Source: Heterodontus francisci
Taxonomy: Eukaryota
DNA: 64,000 nt
Direction of reading: 5' to 3'
Assembly: GCF_036365525.1 (NCBI RefSeq)
Contig: NC_090378.1
Location: forward strand, 98,576,116-98,640,115
Numbering within the stretch: position 1 is the first letter of the stretch; the number at the start of each line of letters is the position of its first letter. Below are positions 33,790 through 46,092 of the stretch, in pieces. Below the pieces are notes generated by a model. The model ran no database searches. It saw nothing but the letters and a program-made list of their open reading frames with translations, and was not told the origin of the DNA. The position numbers and the translations under genes are program-made.

Positions 33790-36700
33790 TTTTTAAAAAT
33801 TTGTTCGTGGGATGTGGGGGTCGCTGGCTAGGCCAGCATTTATTCTCCATTCTTAATTGCCCTCGAGAAGGTGATGGTGAGCTGCCTCCTTAAACTACTG
33901 CAGTCCTTGGGGTGTGGGTACACAGAGAGCGCTGTTTAGGAAGGGAGTTCCAGGATTTTGACCCAGGGACAGTGAAGGAGTGACGATATACTTCCAAGTC
34001 AGGATGGAGTGCGGCTTGGAGGGGAACTTGCAGGTGTTGTTCCCATGCATCTGCTGCCCTTGTCCTTCTAGGTGGTAGAGGTCACAGTTTTAGAAGGTGC
34101 TGTCAAAGGAGCCTTGGTGCACTGCTGCAGTGCATCTTGCACATGGTACACATTGCTGCCACTGTGCGTCGGTGGTGGAGAGCGTGAATGTTTCTGGATG
34201 GTGTTGAGCTTTGAGTGTTGTTAGAGCTGCAACCATCCAGGCAAGTGGAGAGTTTTCCATCACACTCCTGACTTGTTCCTTGTAGATTATGAACAGGCTT
34301 TGGGGAGACAGATGAGTTACTTACTGCAGCATTCCCAGCCTCTGACCTGCTCTTAAATGCTGTGGCTACATGTGGCTGCTCCAGTCCAGTTTCTTGTCAA
34401 TGTTGATCCCCAGGATGTTGACAGTGGGAGATTCAGCAATGGTAATGCCATTGAACGTCAAGGGGAGATGGTTAAATTGTCGCTTTTTTGAGGTCATTGC
34501 CTGGCTCTCAAGTGGAAAGCAACATTCGTGCCACACATCAGCCCAAGCCTGGATATTGTCCAGGTCTTGCTGCATTTCTACACGACTGCTTCAGTATCTA
34601 AGGAGTCACAAATGTCGCTGGACACTCTGCAATCAGCAAACATCCCTACTTCTGCACTTATGGTGGAGGGAAGGGCATTGATGAAGCAGCTGAAGATGGT
34701 TGGGCCTAGGACACTACCCTGAGGAACTCCTGCAGTGATGTCCCAGAGCCAAGATGATTGACCTCCAACAACCACAACCATCTTCCTTTGTGCTAGGTAC
34801 GACTCCAACCAGAGGAGAGATCCCCCCTCCCCACCCCCATTCCAAGATTCCCATTGACTCCAGTTTTGCCAGGGCTCCTTGATACCATACTCGGTCAAAT
34901 GCTGCCTTGTCGTCAAGGGCAGTCACTCTCATCTCACCTCTGGAGTTCAGCTCTTTTGTCCATGTTTGGACATAGACTGTCATGAGGTCAGGAGCCGAGG
35001 TGCCCTGGTGGAACCCACACAGAGCGTCAGTGAGCAGGTTCTTGCTGAGCAAGTGCTACCTGATAGCACTGTCGACAACCCCTTCCATCGCTTTGCTGAT
35101 GATCAAGGGTAGACTGATATGATGGTAATTGGCCAGGTTGGATTTGTCCTGCTTTGTGTGTACAGGACATACCTGGGCAATTTTCCACATTCCTGGGTAG
35201 ATGCCAGTGTTGTAGCTGTACTGGAAGAGCTTGGCTAGGGGTGCAGCTAGTTCTGGAGTACATGTCTTCAGTACTATTGCTGGAATGTTGTCTAGGCCCA
35301 TAGCCTTTGCAGCAGCATTGCTGGAATGTTGTCAAGGCCCATAGCCTTTGCAGCATCCAGTAACTTCAGCCACGTGATATCACGTGGAGTGAATCGTATT
35401 GGCTTAAGACTGGCATCTGCGATGCAGGAGACCTCAGGAGGAGGCCGAGATGAATCATCCACTCAGCACTTCTGGCTGAAGATTGATGCAAATGTTTCAG
35501 CCTTATCTTTTGCACTGATGTGCTGGGCTCCCCCATTGTTGAGGATGGGGATATTTGTGGAGCCTCCTCTTCCAGTCAGTAGTTTAATTGTCCACCACCA
35601 TTCAAGACTGGATGTGTCAGGACTGCAGAGCTTCGATCTGATCAATTGGTTGTGCGATTGCTGTTACGACTGAGCGAGGAAGGGGTCTCGGGCTCCCCTC
35701 TCACCCCTTTCCTGGTTTGGCTGTAACAGGGTTTAACTTTTCAAACAGTGTTTTTAGCTTAATCGGAGTCCTTGCTCACTGCTCTCACTCTACTGTAATT
35801 GTAAATTAACCAGATAGGCTTCCTCGGGTTTAAAACAAGAAAGGTGTAAGCTTACTAGCCTTAAAACTCTGACTCAGTTTAGTTACTAAAAATGCACAAC
35901 GCAACCATGCATACACGATAAACACACACAAATAGATACAGAGGGGGATAAAGAATAAAAAAGGTGGTGGGGGGCAGTTTGGAGGAGTAAATGGAATTCA
36001 GTTACTGTCTTTGATTTGGATGTAAAGACCTTGATTGGAGTCAAGGTCTTGCAGTTTTAGTTGGGGGCGCAGTGCATACTTTCAAACTTGTTTCACTGGT
36101 GCCAGATGGCTGAAGAAGCCATCTTAAGCTGCTTCTGTGGGTCCCTGGAACAGGGACACAGAGGGACAGTCTTGAAGTTCAACTGCAGTCTGCCCCAAAC
36201 CTTTTGGAGGCTCAATTCAATCAACTCCCAGGTTGGCCAGCAGGATAGTCATGTGACCAGCTTTTTGTTTGAAACAGCATTACCTGTGAGGGTTGTTGAT
36301 CCTTCAAAGCTTACTAGACACACTATGGGGGAGGTGGAATGCTGGTTCTTATACAGACAATGGCTCTCAATGTTGCCCAGCCCAATCTTGCTAACTGAAT
36401 CAGGGAGCACTTCCATTGTCTCTATTCAACTGTCTCAGAATGCAAATATGTAGCCATGTTTTCAGCCATTCAGCTCTGTGGCCTTTTGAAACAAGTTATG
36501 TTCAATGCCCCATAACAGTTCAAATAGCGTTCCATGTGACAAAATTAACATGTTTCCATTTGGCATGTGTGGTTTCCGTCACATTGCTTTGCTCGATCAC
36601 ATCTGCTTCTGCTGTTTGGCATGCAAGTAGTCCTGGGTGGTAGCTTCACCAGGCTGATGCCTCATTTTGAGGCATGCCTGGTGCTGCTCCTGGCATGCCC

Positions 36701-37571
36701 TCCTGCACGCTTCATTGAAAGTGTTGGTCCCCCGGCTTGATGGTAATGGTAGAGTGGGGGATATGCAGGGCCTTGAGGTTAAGGATTGTGGTTGAATACA
36801 ATTCTGCTGCTGATGATGGCCCACAGCATCTAATGGATGACCAGTTTTGAGTTGCTAGATCTGTTCAAAATCTATCCCTTTTCACATAGTAGTAATGCCA
36901 CACATGGAGGGTACCTTCAAAGTGAAGACGGGAATTCGTCTTCACAAGGACTGTGCAGTGGTCACTCTTACCAATACTGTCATGGACAGATGCATCTGCG
37001 ACAGGTAGATTGGTGGTGAGGATGAGGTCAAATAGGCTTTTCCCTCTTGTTGTTTCTCTCATCACTTGCCACAGACCCAGTCTAGCAGCTATGTCCTTTA
37101 AGGCTCAGTCAGTAGTGGCGCTACCAAGCCATTCTTGGTGATGGATATTCAAGTCCCCCACTCAAAGTTCATTTTGTGCCCTTGCTACCGTCAGTGCTTC
37201 TTCCAATTGTGTTCAACATGGAGAAGCACTGATTCATCAGCAGGAGGTTTCCTTACCCATGTTTGACCTGACGTCATGAGACTTCATGGGGCCGGAGACA
37301 ATGTTGAGGACTCCCAGCTCCCTCCCGACTGTGTACCATTGTGCCGCCATGTCTGCTGGGTCTGTCCTGCCAAAGGGACAGAACATACTCGGGGATGGTG
37401 ATGGTAGTGCTTGGGACATTGTATGCAAGGTATGATTCCATGAGTATGACTGTCAGGCTGTTGCTTGACTAGTCTGTGGGACAGCTCTCCCAATTTCAGC
37501 ACAAGCCCCCAGAGGTTAGCAAGGAGGACCTCACAGGGTCGACAGGGCTGGGTTTCCCATTGTTGTTTCCA
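33790..37571 (-). mobile_element. Second copy of the 23797-26900 LINE family, split by a solo LTR
   Basis: LGELSHRLVKQQPD, SDH, GLDNIPAIVLKTC, ALDDKAAFDRVW, GVPQGSVLGP, MFADC; same 3' tail as the plus-strand copy. Confidence 0.87.
35662..36583 (-). mobile_element. Solo LTR (related subfamily) inserted in the LINE
   Basis: TGTTACGAC...CCGTCACA with perfect TTGC TSD (35658-35661 / 36584-36587). Confidence 0.8.
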
Positions 37572-37768
37572 ACTCTACACCATCCTCAAAGGCAAAGCCT
37601 TCAGCCATCGTGGCCATGTACGTTAGAACCCATCCTAATCTCTACTCCCTAGGCTCATCGCTCCCTACCTCCAAAAGCTTCCTCAAAACCAATGCAAGTA
37701 TTAAACATTGTGACATAGGAAGAAAGTTGTAACAGAAGATTTTTTGCTACTACTTTTTTGCTACTGAT

Positions 37769-38082
37769 TTTTTATTGAGAGATACAGCCCTTCGGCCCAC
37801 CGAGTCTGTGCCGACCATCAACCACCCATTTATACTAATCCTACATTAATCCCATATTCCTACTACATCCCCACCTTCCCTCAATTCCCCTACCACCTAC
37901 CTATACTAGGGGCAATTTACAATGGCCAATTTACCTATCAATCTGCAAGTCTTTGGCTGTGGGAGGAAACTGGAGCACCCAGCGGAAACCCACGCAGTCA
38001 CAGGGAGAACTTGCAAACTCTGCACGGGCAGTACCCAGAATTGAACCCGGGTCGCTGGAGCTGTGAGGCTGCAGTGCTAACC
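37769..38082 (-). mobile_element. HE1-like V-SINE
   Basis: Near-identical to 2968-3313. Confidence 0.85.
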
Positions 38083-38122
38083 TGGATTATAGAGGTTAAA
38101 CTAACCCTCAACTTGCAATTAG

Positions 38123-38648
38123 TACAAAGAACAAAGAACAGTACAGCACAGGAACAGGCCATTCGGCCCTCCAAGCCTGCGCCGATCTTGATGCCTGCCT
38201 AAACTAAAACCTTCTGCACTTCCGGGGTCCATATCCCTCTATTCCCATCCTATTCATGTATTTGTCAAAACGCCTCTTAAACGTCTCTATGGTGCCTGCT
38301 TCCACCACCTCCCCCAGCAACAAGTTCCAGGCACTCAGCACCCTTTATGTAAAGAACTTGCCTCGCACATCCTCTCTAAACTTTGCCCCTCTCGCCTTAA
38401 ACCTCTGTCCCCTAGTAACTGACTCTTCCACCCTGGGAAAAAGCTTCTGACTATCCACTCTGTCCATGCCGCTTATAACTTTGTAAACCTCTATCATGTC
38501 GCCCCTCCACCTCCATCATTCCAGTGAAAACAATTCGAGTTTCTCCAACCTCTCCTCATAGCTAATGCCCTCCAGACCAGGCAACATCCTGGTAAACCTC
38601 CTCTGTACCCTCTCCAAAGCCTCCACGTCCTTCTGGTAGTGTGGCGAC
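38123..38648 (-). mobile_element. CR1 3' fragment ((TTCTTTG)n family)
   Basis: Close to the reverse complement of 2430-2950. Confidence 0.9.
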
Positions 38649-39490
38649 AGACAGCAGCAATTTTCCTCAACACTCATTAAAATCAAAGAAAAAGGTGACA
38701 AGCTATGAAGGCACTGTCATCATTCCGAAGCTCCATTTCAGTGCTTCAACACAAGTAATGATCAACGATGGCAGCACCAAATCAGGAAAGGAGACCAGTG
38801 TTACTTTTCCATTCAACATTAACTTAAAAATCTTGTAATTTTTTTTAAAAAGTGGACACAAACACTAGTACTGAAACTTCAAATCTTGTTATATTATTCC
38901 AATGAATACAGATTATATTATAGTCTATAAGATAGAGTTAGCAAAGCTAGCCGGAACCAAGCATTGTTTGCACTTTACCAGTGAAGAGATACATTAGGAC
39001 GTTCTGAAAGCTTGCCCCATCTACAACCCACAACTAAGTTTGACCAAGACCCCTGATGAAATGTATAGCCACAAAATGTGATGAACCATTGTAATATTTT
39101 GGGACATTTACGTATATGGCCTGGAGGGAGAACTTATTTTAATTCAGCTTATCAAACCGCTATTTAAAAAGTTAGATTTCACTTACAAAGCATCAACTCC
39201 CAAAAGGTGCAACTTTGACACAAGGGGGCTATAATATAATCCCAGATCATCTTACTATTTAACAAGATATTCAACAGTAAATGTATACTGTAAATCAGTC
39301 AGTTTGGTGGTCAGCTTCCAAGGGTGATCAATGATGCTGAGCTGGAGAGAATATCCACTGATCCTTGTAACACCCAACTTTTGGGCTGATATTAATTGAT
39401 CTGCCATTTTCTGTTTTTATTTCAAATGTGGAACATTCACAGTTTTTTCTTCTTAATTGATCCCAGTTATACTACCTTTCTGTGTATAGT

Positions 39491-39591
39491 CACTCATTTG
39501 AACTTCTATTTCAGGGATACATAACCTTTAAAAGGATGATGATGTTGTAACGAACTTGTTCTTTTCCAAATGGTAAGGTGAACTGACCATC
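39491..39591 (+). promoter_or_regulatory. Candidate 3' splice acceptor(s) for the APOBEC4 coding exon
   Basis: ctcatttgaacttctatttcAG (AG at 39513-39514); alternative cttgttcttttccaaatggtaAG (AG at 39576-39577). Mammalian APOBEC4 has a non-coding upstream exon. Confidence 0.45.
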
Positions 39592-40692
39592 ATGACTACT
39601 ACTTATGAAGAATATACTGCTCCTCAGGGAACACTGGTGAAGCCTTACTACTGGCTGTGTTTCACAGAAAGTTGTCCAAAATGCCCATATCACATCAAAA
39701 CTGGGGAAGAAGCACGCATTTCCTATGTTGAATTTTATGAAACTTTTGGGTTTCCTTACGCTCAACCACAGTACAGCAGGCATCTGGTCTTCTATGAATT
39801 GAAGTTATCATCTGGCACTTTAGTACAGAAAGGACAAGTAACTAACTGTACTTTATATCAACTTCATCCAGAATCCATGTTCTTCGATACAGATGGCTAT
39901 CTGGATACACTCATGTACTCCTATGAGAATATTGCTTACATTACCATCTACTCAAATTACACCCCATGTAATGAAAGAACCCACTACTGCATAAACAAAA
40001 TGTATAATTTCTTGGTAAATTATCCAAGCACTAGGTTGGATATTTATTTCTCTGCACTCTATCATATTGATGACGACTTTTCTGAATCTGGATGGAATAG
40101 AGAAGCTCTCCACAACTTGGCTGCACTTTGGCCGAGGGTAACTCTCAATCCCATCAGTAGTGGGATGTGGCTGACCATCCTTCACAGGTTTGTGAATGGT
40201 GTGCCTCAAACAACACTGTACAACACAGTTTCACCTGAAAGAGCTTTTGCAGACCTGGGCAATGCACATCAGATAGCTGCCATCACTGGAGTTAACCCTT
40301 CTTACATAGATGTGGCACCCCAAGCAAAACAACATCAAAAGCAACATTTTAAACCAAAACATGTGAACTTTTATTCTTTTTCACAAGCACCAGCTCCAGT
40401 TATGAATGGAATGACATTTATATCTCCACAACCATACGTGAATTTTCCAAACACTCTGGCATTGCCTTTGTCTATGTACCCATTTCAACGACAGAACGTT
40501 AAACCAAAGAACGTGGTGAGACATCTGAACATGCCCAACACATCCAAATGGAAAACAGGAGCAACGCCACCACACAACATTCAAGTAACTGAAACAGTTG
40601 AAATTTTTGAAACTCCCGTGAAGAAAAAACCAAACCATTCAAAGCAACAGAGGAAGACAGGGAAAAGGGGAAAATCTACAAGAAGGGATTAG
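39592..40692 (+). CDS. APOBEC4: APOBEC4, AID/APOBEC-family putative cytidine deaminase (366 aa, single coding exon)
   Basis: Intact ATG-to-TAG ORF. N-terminal YEEY..GTLVKPYYWL..CPKCPYHIKTGEEAR, Zn motif H92-P-E94 with P125-C-x6-C133 (PCNERTHYC, the APOBEC4-type spacing), WNREAL..LAALWPRV, KPKNVVRHLNMP and a basic C-terminus all match vertebrate APOBEC4 as I recall it. Confidence 0.96.
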   Translation: MTTTYEEYTAPQGTLVKPYYWLCFTESCPKCPYHIKTGEEARISYVEFYETFGFPYAQPQYSRHLVFYELKLSSGTLVQKGQVTNCTLYQLHPESMFFDTDGYLDTLMYSYENIAYITIYSNYTPCNERTHYCINKMYNFLVNYPSTRLDIYFSALYHIDDDFSESGWNREALHNLAALWPRVTLNPISSGMWLTILHRFVNGVPQTTLYNTVSPERAFADLGNAHQIAAITGVNPSYIDVAPQAKQHQKQHFKPKHVNFYSFSQAPAPVMNGMTFISPQPYVNFPNTLALPLSMYPFQRQNVKPKNVVRHLNMPNTSKWKTGATPPHNIQVTETVEIFETPVKKKPNHSKQQRKTGKRGKSTRRD

Positions 40693-40837
40693 CTGACACA
40701 GCTCTTTCAAATTGGTAGAATCACCGAACCAAAGTAAGATCTCTTTTAGACAGCACTAAGGACCATTCTCTGGCTTAACACACTTCACTATCACTGTTTT
40801 TTCATTAACTTTGTACAGGAAATATATGGAATATGCC

Positions 40838-40843
40838 ATTAAA
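40838..40843 (+). promoter_or_regulatory. Possible APOBEC4 polyadenylation signal (ATTAAA)
   Basis: First ATTAAA/AATAAA hexamer I see downstream of the stop codon, about 150 nt after it. Confidence 0.25.
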
Positions 40844-41245
40844 CCCATCAACCCTATTTAACCATTGTTAGCTATAGCAGTTTCAATATTTAATACCAGC
40901 TTTTTCTCCCCATCCCATAATACCATCATTTCCCAGGTATTGGTCTCCAAAACAGCTCAAGTCATTTTGCATCTGTTGTCTCCTGGAGCTGTGCATTCCA
41001 CACTCTGAAACCCTGAGAACTTTTTGCTGGAGTCACTTTTGATGAGTTCTGCTTGAATTTCAAGAGTATTTCCACTTGTCCTGGATTCTCATATTAGAAA
41101 CGATTGTTCCCCATCTCCCTTTTAAATCAAATCACTCCTTAATCTCCAAATTGATCATCAAATTCATTCATCCCAGGTGTCATGCTGAATTGTTACAGGC
41201 CAATATATTCTGCCACAGACCAGGCACCCAAAACAGAACACAAAA

Positions 41246-42025
41246 GGGCTGGATTTTAAGAGCCCGCTGCCGATCTTGTGGTGAGCTCAAAAATTGGCGG
41301 CCCACACACGCGGCCGCACGCCAAAGTTCCGCCGCGATCTCATGCACGGTGACTCATTTAAATAGCCAACGTGGCCTGCTTCCCCAATCTCGTGGAGGGA
41401 GCGGGCTGTCTGTCCCTGGCAATGGCATCAGCTGCCTGTGCGCAGGTGCTGGCACCACTTAAAAAGCAGCAAGCCCTGCCAGTCAATCTGAATTTTTAAA
41501 GATGCACTGCTCCCAAAATTTAAATACATTTTTGAACACCCCTTTCCCACCCCCAATAACATTATATTAACTATTCGCCCTTCCCCCCCCCCCCACCCCA
41601 CCAAAACATTTACCTTTTAAATCTGACCTTCCCCCGCCCCACCCCATCCTCAGACTGCACAAAGTTTAAAGTTCATCCCTTTCCACCATCCCCAACACGT
41701 TTATTTGACCCCATCCTCCTCCCCAACCCCCAGACTGAAAACAATTAACTCCTCCCCCCTCCCCACCAGTGTTATGGTGGCTTTCCCCAGATGGAGAATT
41801 GAAGGCGCAGGAGTGTCGGTCGCCGCAAACATCCTGGTGTGCCAAGATTGAAGGAAAGTTCATTTAAAATTTATGCGTACTGTTAATTTAAATATTGAAA
41901 TCCAAGTGCTGCCGCCACAGAGCCTCACCGCCGCCATGGTAGACTACTGCCGGCCACATCCTTTAGCCCAACCCTCTCCTGGCCGCCACTGATCCAGACA
42001 TCGAGGGCTTGGTAAAATACAGCCC
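41246..42025. mobile_element. MITE with GGGCTGGATTTT-type TIRs
   Basis: gggctggatttta...taaaatacagccc; same TIR family as 32062-32671; GC/CpG-rich subtermini. Confidence 0.65.
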
Positions 42026-43579
42026 ACTGCCTGATGGATTTCAGCAATTTCACCATTACTGACAAAACTCACTAGCCTGTAATAAACTTCCCCCATTTGA
42101 TTAAAAGTTTTAAAATATAGTATCCAATCCTCTGGTCCCATGCACAAATCCAGCAACCTTTAGAGCACTCAATGAATCGCCAAGCACTTTGCATTCTTAA
42201 AGCATTAAGGTTGCAATTCAGAATTTATTATATTCACCAAAAGCTTATGTCAGCACAACTTTCTTGAAAAGGATTAATAGTATAAAGGGAAAGGAGCTGA
42301 AATGGGGAAAAAAAAAAAAGTGTCGTGCCTGTGTTACTGATCAACTCCATTAATGGTAATTCAGACTCTCCAGTGTAAGACTTGGCAAACCTGCCAATTT
42401 ATAGCTTAATTTGGAAAAGGAAAGTTGACAATGAAGTTCCTATAATATAGACTCTACATGGCAGGTGTTGGGTCAGCTACTGAAACCTGACTTCAGGAAC
42501 TTGTCATTTAATGCAAATTAAACCATGAAAAAGGCAAGTTCCATTTTGTGCAAAATAAGATTTCATCACATCTCAAGAAGTTCACAGAAGCAGTTTTAAT
42601 ATCGTAATTATAATATTTTGATCCCTTAAGTTTCAAATTGGGGTTAGCAAACTACAATTTCAAACAAGATTAAGACACATTATCAGCCAACTTTATTTCA
42701 AAAGTTATACTGCTGACTGAAGCATGATTTGATTGTGCTGTTTATTTTAGAGATATGGCCAGTATTACATCAGATTGGACTTGGATTGTGAAAAGATTCA
42801 ATTTACTCAGCTTTACATGCTAAATCATTAAATCAAAAGGTTAAATCTTCCTTCATTACAACAAATTCAGTTTATTAGTCTGTAACCAATGCTGCAAATG
42901 TTCTTGTTCACTTTAGAGTAAGAGCATAACAAAAAGCAGATTCCAGATATATACACAATATAGGAGCAGTAAAATTAAACTATGCAAAATAAAGCACAAC
43001 TGGATTGAAAAAGATTTGTACTATATGTCCGCTCTGACTGCAACTCAGCTTTGCAACATTTGAAACAAAATGGTCATATTACGCTTGCCAAAAAAAGTCT
43101 AAACCATTAAAATAGCTAAATTTACATGTTGCATCAACACTTGCAGTCATCCATCAACATAAGAATAGGTTCCAGCAAGCCACTCAGATAAATGGTCAGT
43201 CATCTGAATCACTGAAGTGATGTGCAACATATTAACTCAACACGACTTTATACAATGTTGCTGGATTGCCTGTTTATATGGAAACCAATTGGCTACAGGG
43301 AGTGATGTCATAAATAAACACTTAAAAACTGAAACTATAGTATTTCCGACTGGAGGTGGAATTTTGCAAATAAAATGTGACAATGGGTTAGAATTTACAG
43401 GTCAGTGGTGAACAGATGGCATAGGCCATTCATTATAAATTACACTTGGGCCACAGACTATGGGCTTTTGCACTGGAATTTGCAGCAAATAGAAATCCAT
43501 TTTGGCACATCTCCCTTTACAGGGAAACTGGGATCTTGGTGAACTGAGCAAGCAGCTGTATCTCCTTAACCAATCAGAT

Positions 43580-44945
43580 TGAAGAATTGTTAATGAGATG
43601 TAGAACCCGAACCAGGTCTGTCCACTATTATAATAAGCCCATCAACTCCCACCGCTTCCTCAAATACACTTCCTCATACCCTGCTTCCTTTAAGGACTCC
43701 ATTCCATTCTCCCAATTTCTCCATCTCGGACACATCTGCTCTGATGATGCAACCTTCCACAACAGTGTTTGATAAGTCTTCCTTTTTCCTCGACTGAGGA
43801 ATCCCCCCGCACCATGGTCAACAGGGCCCTTGACCGTGTCTGACCCATTTCCCACACTTTTGGCCTCACCCCTTCTCCTCCCTCCCAGAACGCGATAGGG
43901 CTCCCCTTGTCCTCACTATCCACACCACCAGCCTCCACATCCAAAAAGGATCATCCTCTACCATTTCCCCCACCTCCAGTGTGATGACACCAAACACATC
44001 GCCCTCCCCCGTCAGCATTCCAAAAGGGATTGCTCCCTCTGACACCCTGGTCCACTCCATTACCCCCGAAAGCTCATCCCCTTCCCATGCAATCGCAGGT
44101 GGTGTAACAACTGCTCCTTTACCTCCTCTCTACTCACTATCCAAGACCCCAAACACTTTCAGGTGAAGCAGCGATTTACTTGTACTTCTTTCATTTTAGT
44201 ATACTGTATTTGCTGCTTACAATGCGGTCGCCTCTACATTGTGGAGACCAACGCAGATTGGGTGACCGCTTTGCAGAACACCTCTGCTCAGTCTGCAAAC
44301 ATGACCGAGCTTCCTGTCGCTTGCCATTTCAACACACCCCACCTGCTCTCATGCCCACATCTCTGACCTAGACCTGCTGCAGTGTTCCAGTGATCATCAA
44401 CGCAAGCTCGAGGAACAGTACCTCATTTTCCGATTAGGCATGCTACATCCTACTGGACTGAACATGGAGTTCAATAATTTCAGAGCATGACTGGCCCCTT
44501 TATTTTATTTATTCCATCTTTTTTTGTTTTTTTTTTAAACCATGTTCCTGTCTACTGTTTTTTTCATGTTTGTGCTTTTGGCTAGGCTGCTCATTATTCG
44601 ATCATTAACACTCCCTCCGCACTAATGCTTTGTCTTTATCCACACCATTAGCACAGTCTTTGCCTTTATCCTATGACCTCCTGATCAGTAAATCTCTCTG
44701 GCCCCCTGTCCCATCACAAACCTTCCCTTTTTTTCCTCTTTCTCCCCCCCCCCCCCCATCCCCAGCCCCACTTTATTTGCTTAAAACCTATTATATTTCT
44801 AACCTTTGCCAGTTCTGATGAAATGTCACTGACTTGAAACATTAACTCTGCTTCTCTCTCCACACATGCTGTCAGACTTGCTGAGTACTTCCAGCACTTC
44901 CTGTTTTTATTTCAGATTTCCAGCATCTGCAGTATTTTGCTTTTA
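43580..44945 (+). mobile_element. Penelope-like element: RT C-terminus, GIY-YIG endonuclease and terminal repeat
   Basis: YNKPINSHRFLKYTSSYP..KDSIPFSQFL..ICSD; FQVKQRFTCTS..VYCICC..CG.LYI.ET..RRLGDRFAEH; 3' terminal region contains a hammerhead-like core. Confidence 0.85.
44811..44847 (+). ncRNA. Minimal type-I hammerhead ribozyme-like motif (degenerate) in the Penelope terminus
   Basis: AGTT-CTGATGA-a-atGTC-act-GACtt-GAAAC-att-AACT: intact CUGAUGA and GAAA cores, helix I AGUU/AACU, imperfect helix II. Confidence 0.55.
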
Positions 44946-45320
44946 TATTACTGAACCAGTAATATTGTTAGAATATTGAATTAGATAGCAAATCTTTTAC
45001 AGAAAGCAATATAAGAGAGGGAAGGAAAGATGGGACAGACAGCACAGACGAAGTTAAAAAACGATGCTATATTTTAATTTAATTCTCCAATCAAAAAAAT
45101 CTGAAGGAATAAGGAAGAGGTTACTTGGCAGTAATTAAGAAACATTACACATTAAAAATTTATTTACACTGGAATGTATAAATCCAAACATTTTCTGGCG
45201 AGTTTATGGGGCTTCAGGCAAATACAGCAACTTGACACACTTCAGTTATTTCATTGCCAAGTCTCTTGGCTTCATTCATAGGTCAGGTTTGATGCCAACT
45301 TCAGTTCAGGGTGTATTTCC

Positions 45321-46092
45321 TATTACGACCAGGTAAGAAAGGCGTCTAGGGGTCTCTTTCAGCCTTCACCTGGTCTTATTGCAATAAGGTTTAATTTTTA
45401 AACCCACCTGAACTCCCGCTTGGTGAATCCTTGTTCACCGCTTTCCAATTATAAGGCAAAGAAATGAGCACAAACAGGCTTCCTTAGGTTTAAAGAAGTG
45501 AAATTTATTTTTTAAAAAAACTTAAACTCTAATCCGGTTAACGCCTATGGATACATGTCGTGCCCCACATGCAAATAGAGACAGTAAAGAGAAGAAATAA
45601 TAGATGTTTGAGGCAATATCAGAAGAGTTCATTGTTACTGTGCTTCGAGCTCACTGTAGTCCTTTTATAGGTAGTCGGGGCCCAGTATTATTCTTAAACC
45701 TTGTTCACTGTAGGAGACTTTTCTCTTGGGATTCATATGTCTTCAATAGGTCTTCAGTTCAGTGAAAAAGAAATGGGAGCAGACAGGAGAGATGTTCTCA
45801 GTCCAGGAGCAAAGAGCTTTCTGTCTCTGTTCAAAAACTCTGTTGCAAGTTCAAATTTTAAAAAAAACTCCAACAGCCAATATTGGGGAAGCAGGGACTG
45901 GTTTCTTTGTTCAAACAAACGCTGTCTGCCAATATGCAAAAAAAAAAAAAGGTCTTTCCGGCAAGGGGCCTGGCAATTCCTTGTGATAGGCCTGCTTTTC
46001 TTCCCTAGCAACAATTTTAACGCTCACGTGGCAAAATATATGCCTTATTCTTGGCAGGGGTGGGTGGGGGGGTGGGGGGGGCCTGCATGACA
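45321..46092 (-). mobile_element. Solo LTR
   Basis: T(A)TTACGACCAGG...GCCTGCATGACA with perfect TTCC TSD (45317-45320 / 46093-46096). Confidence 0.82.

Noticed and set aside
41246-41460. CpG-rich patch as a CpG-island promoter
   Set aside because: It lies within the MITE termini.
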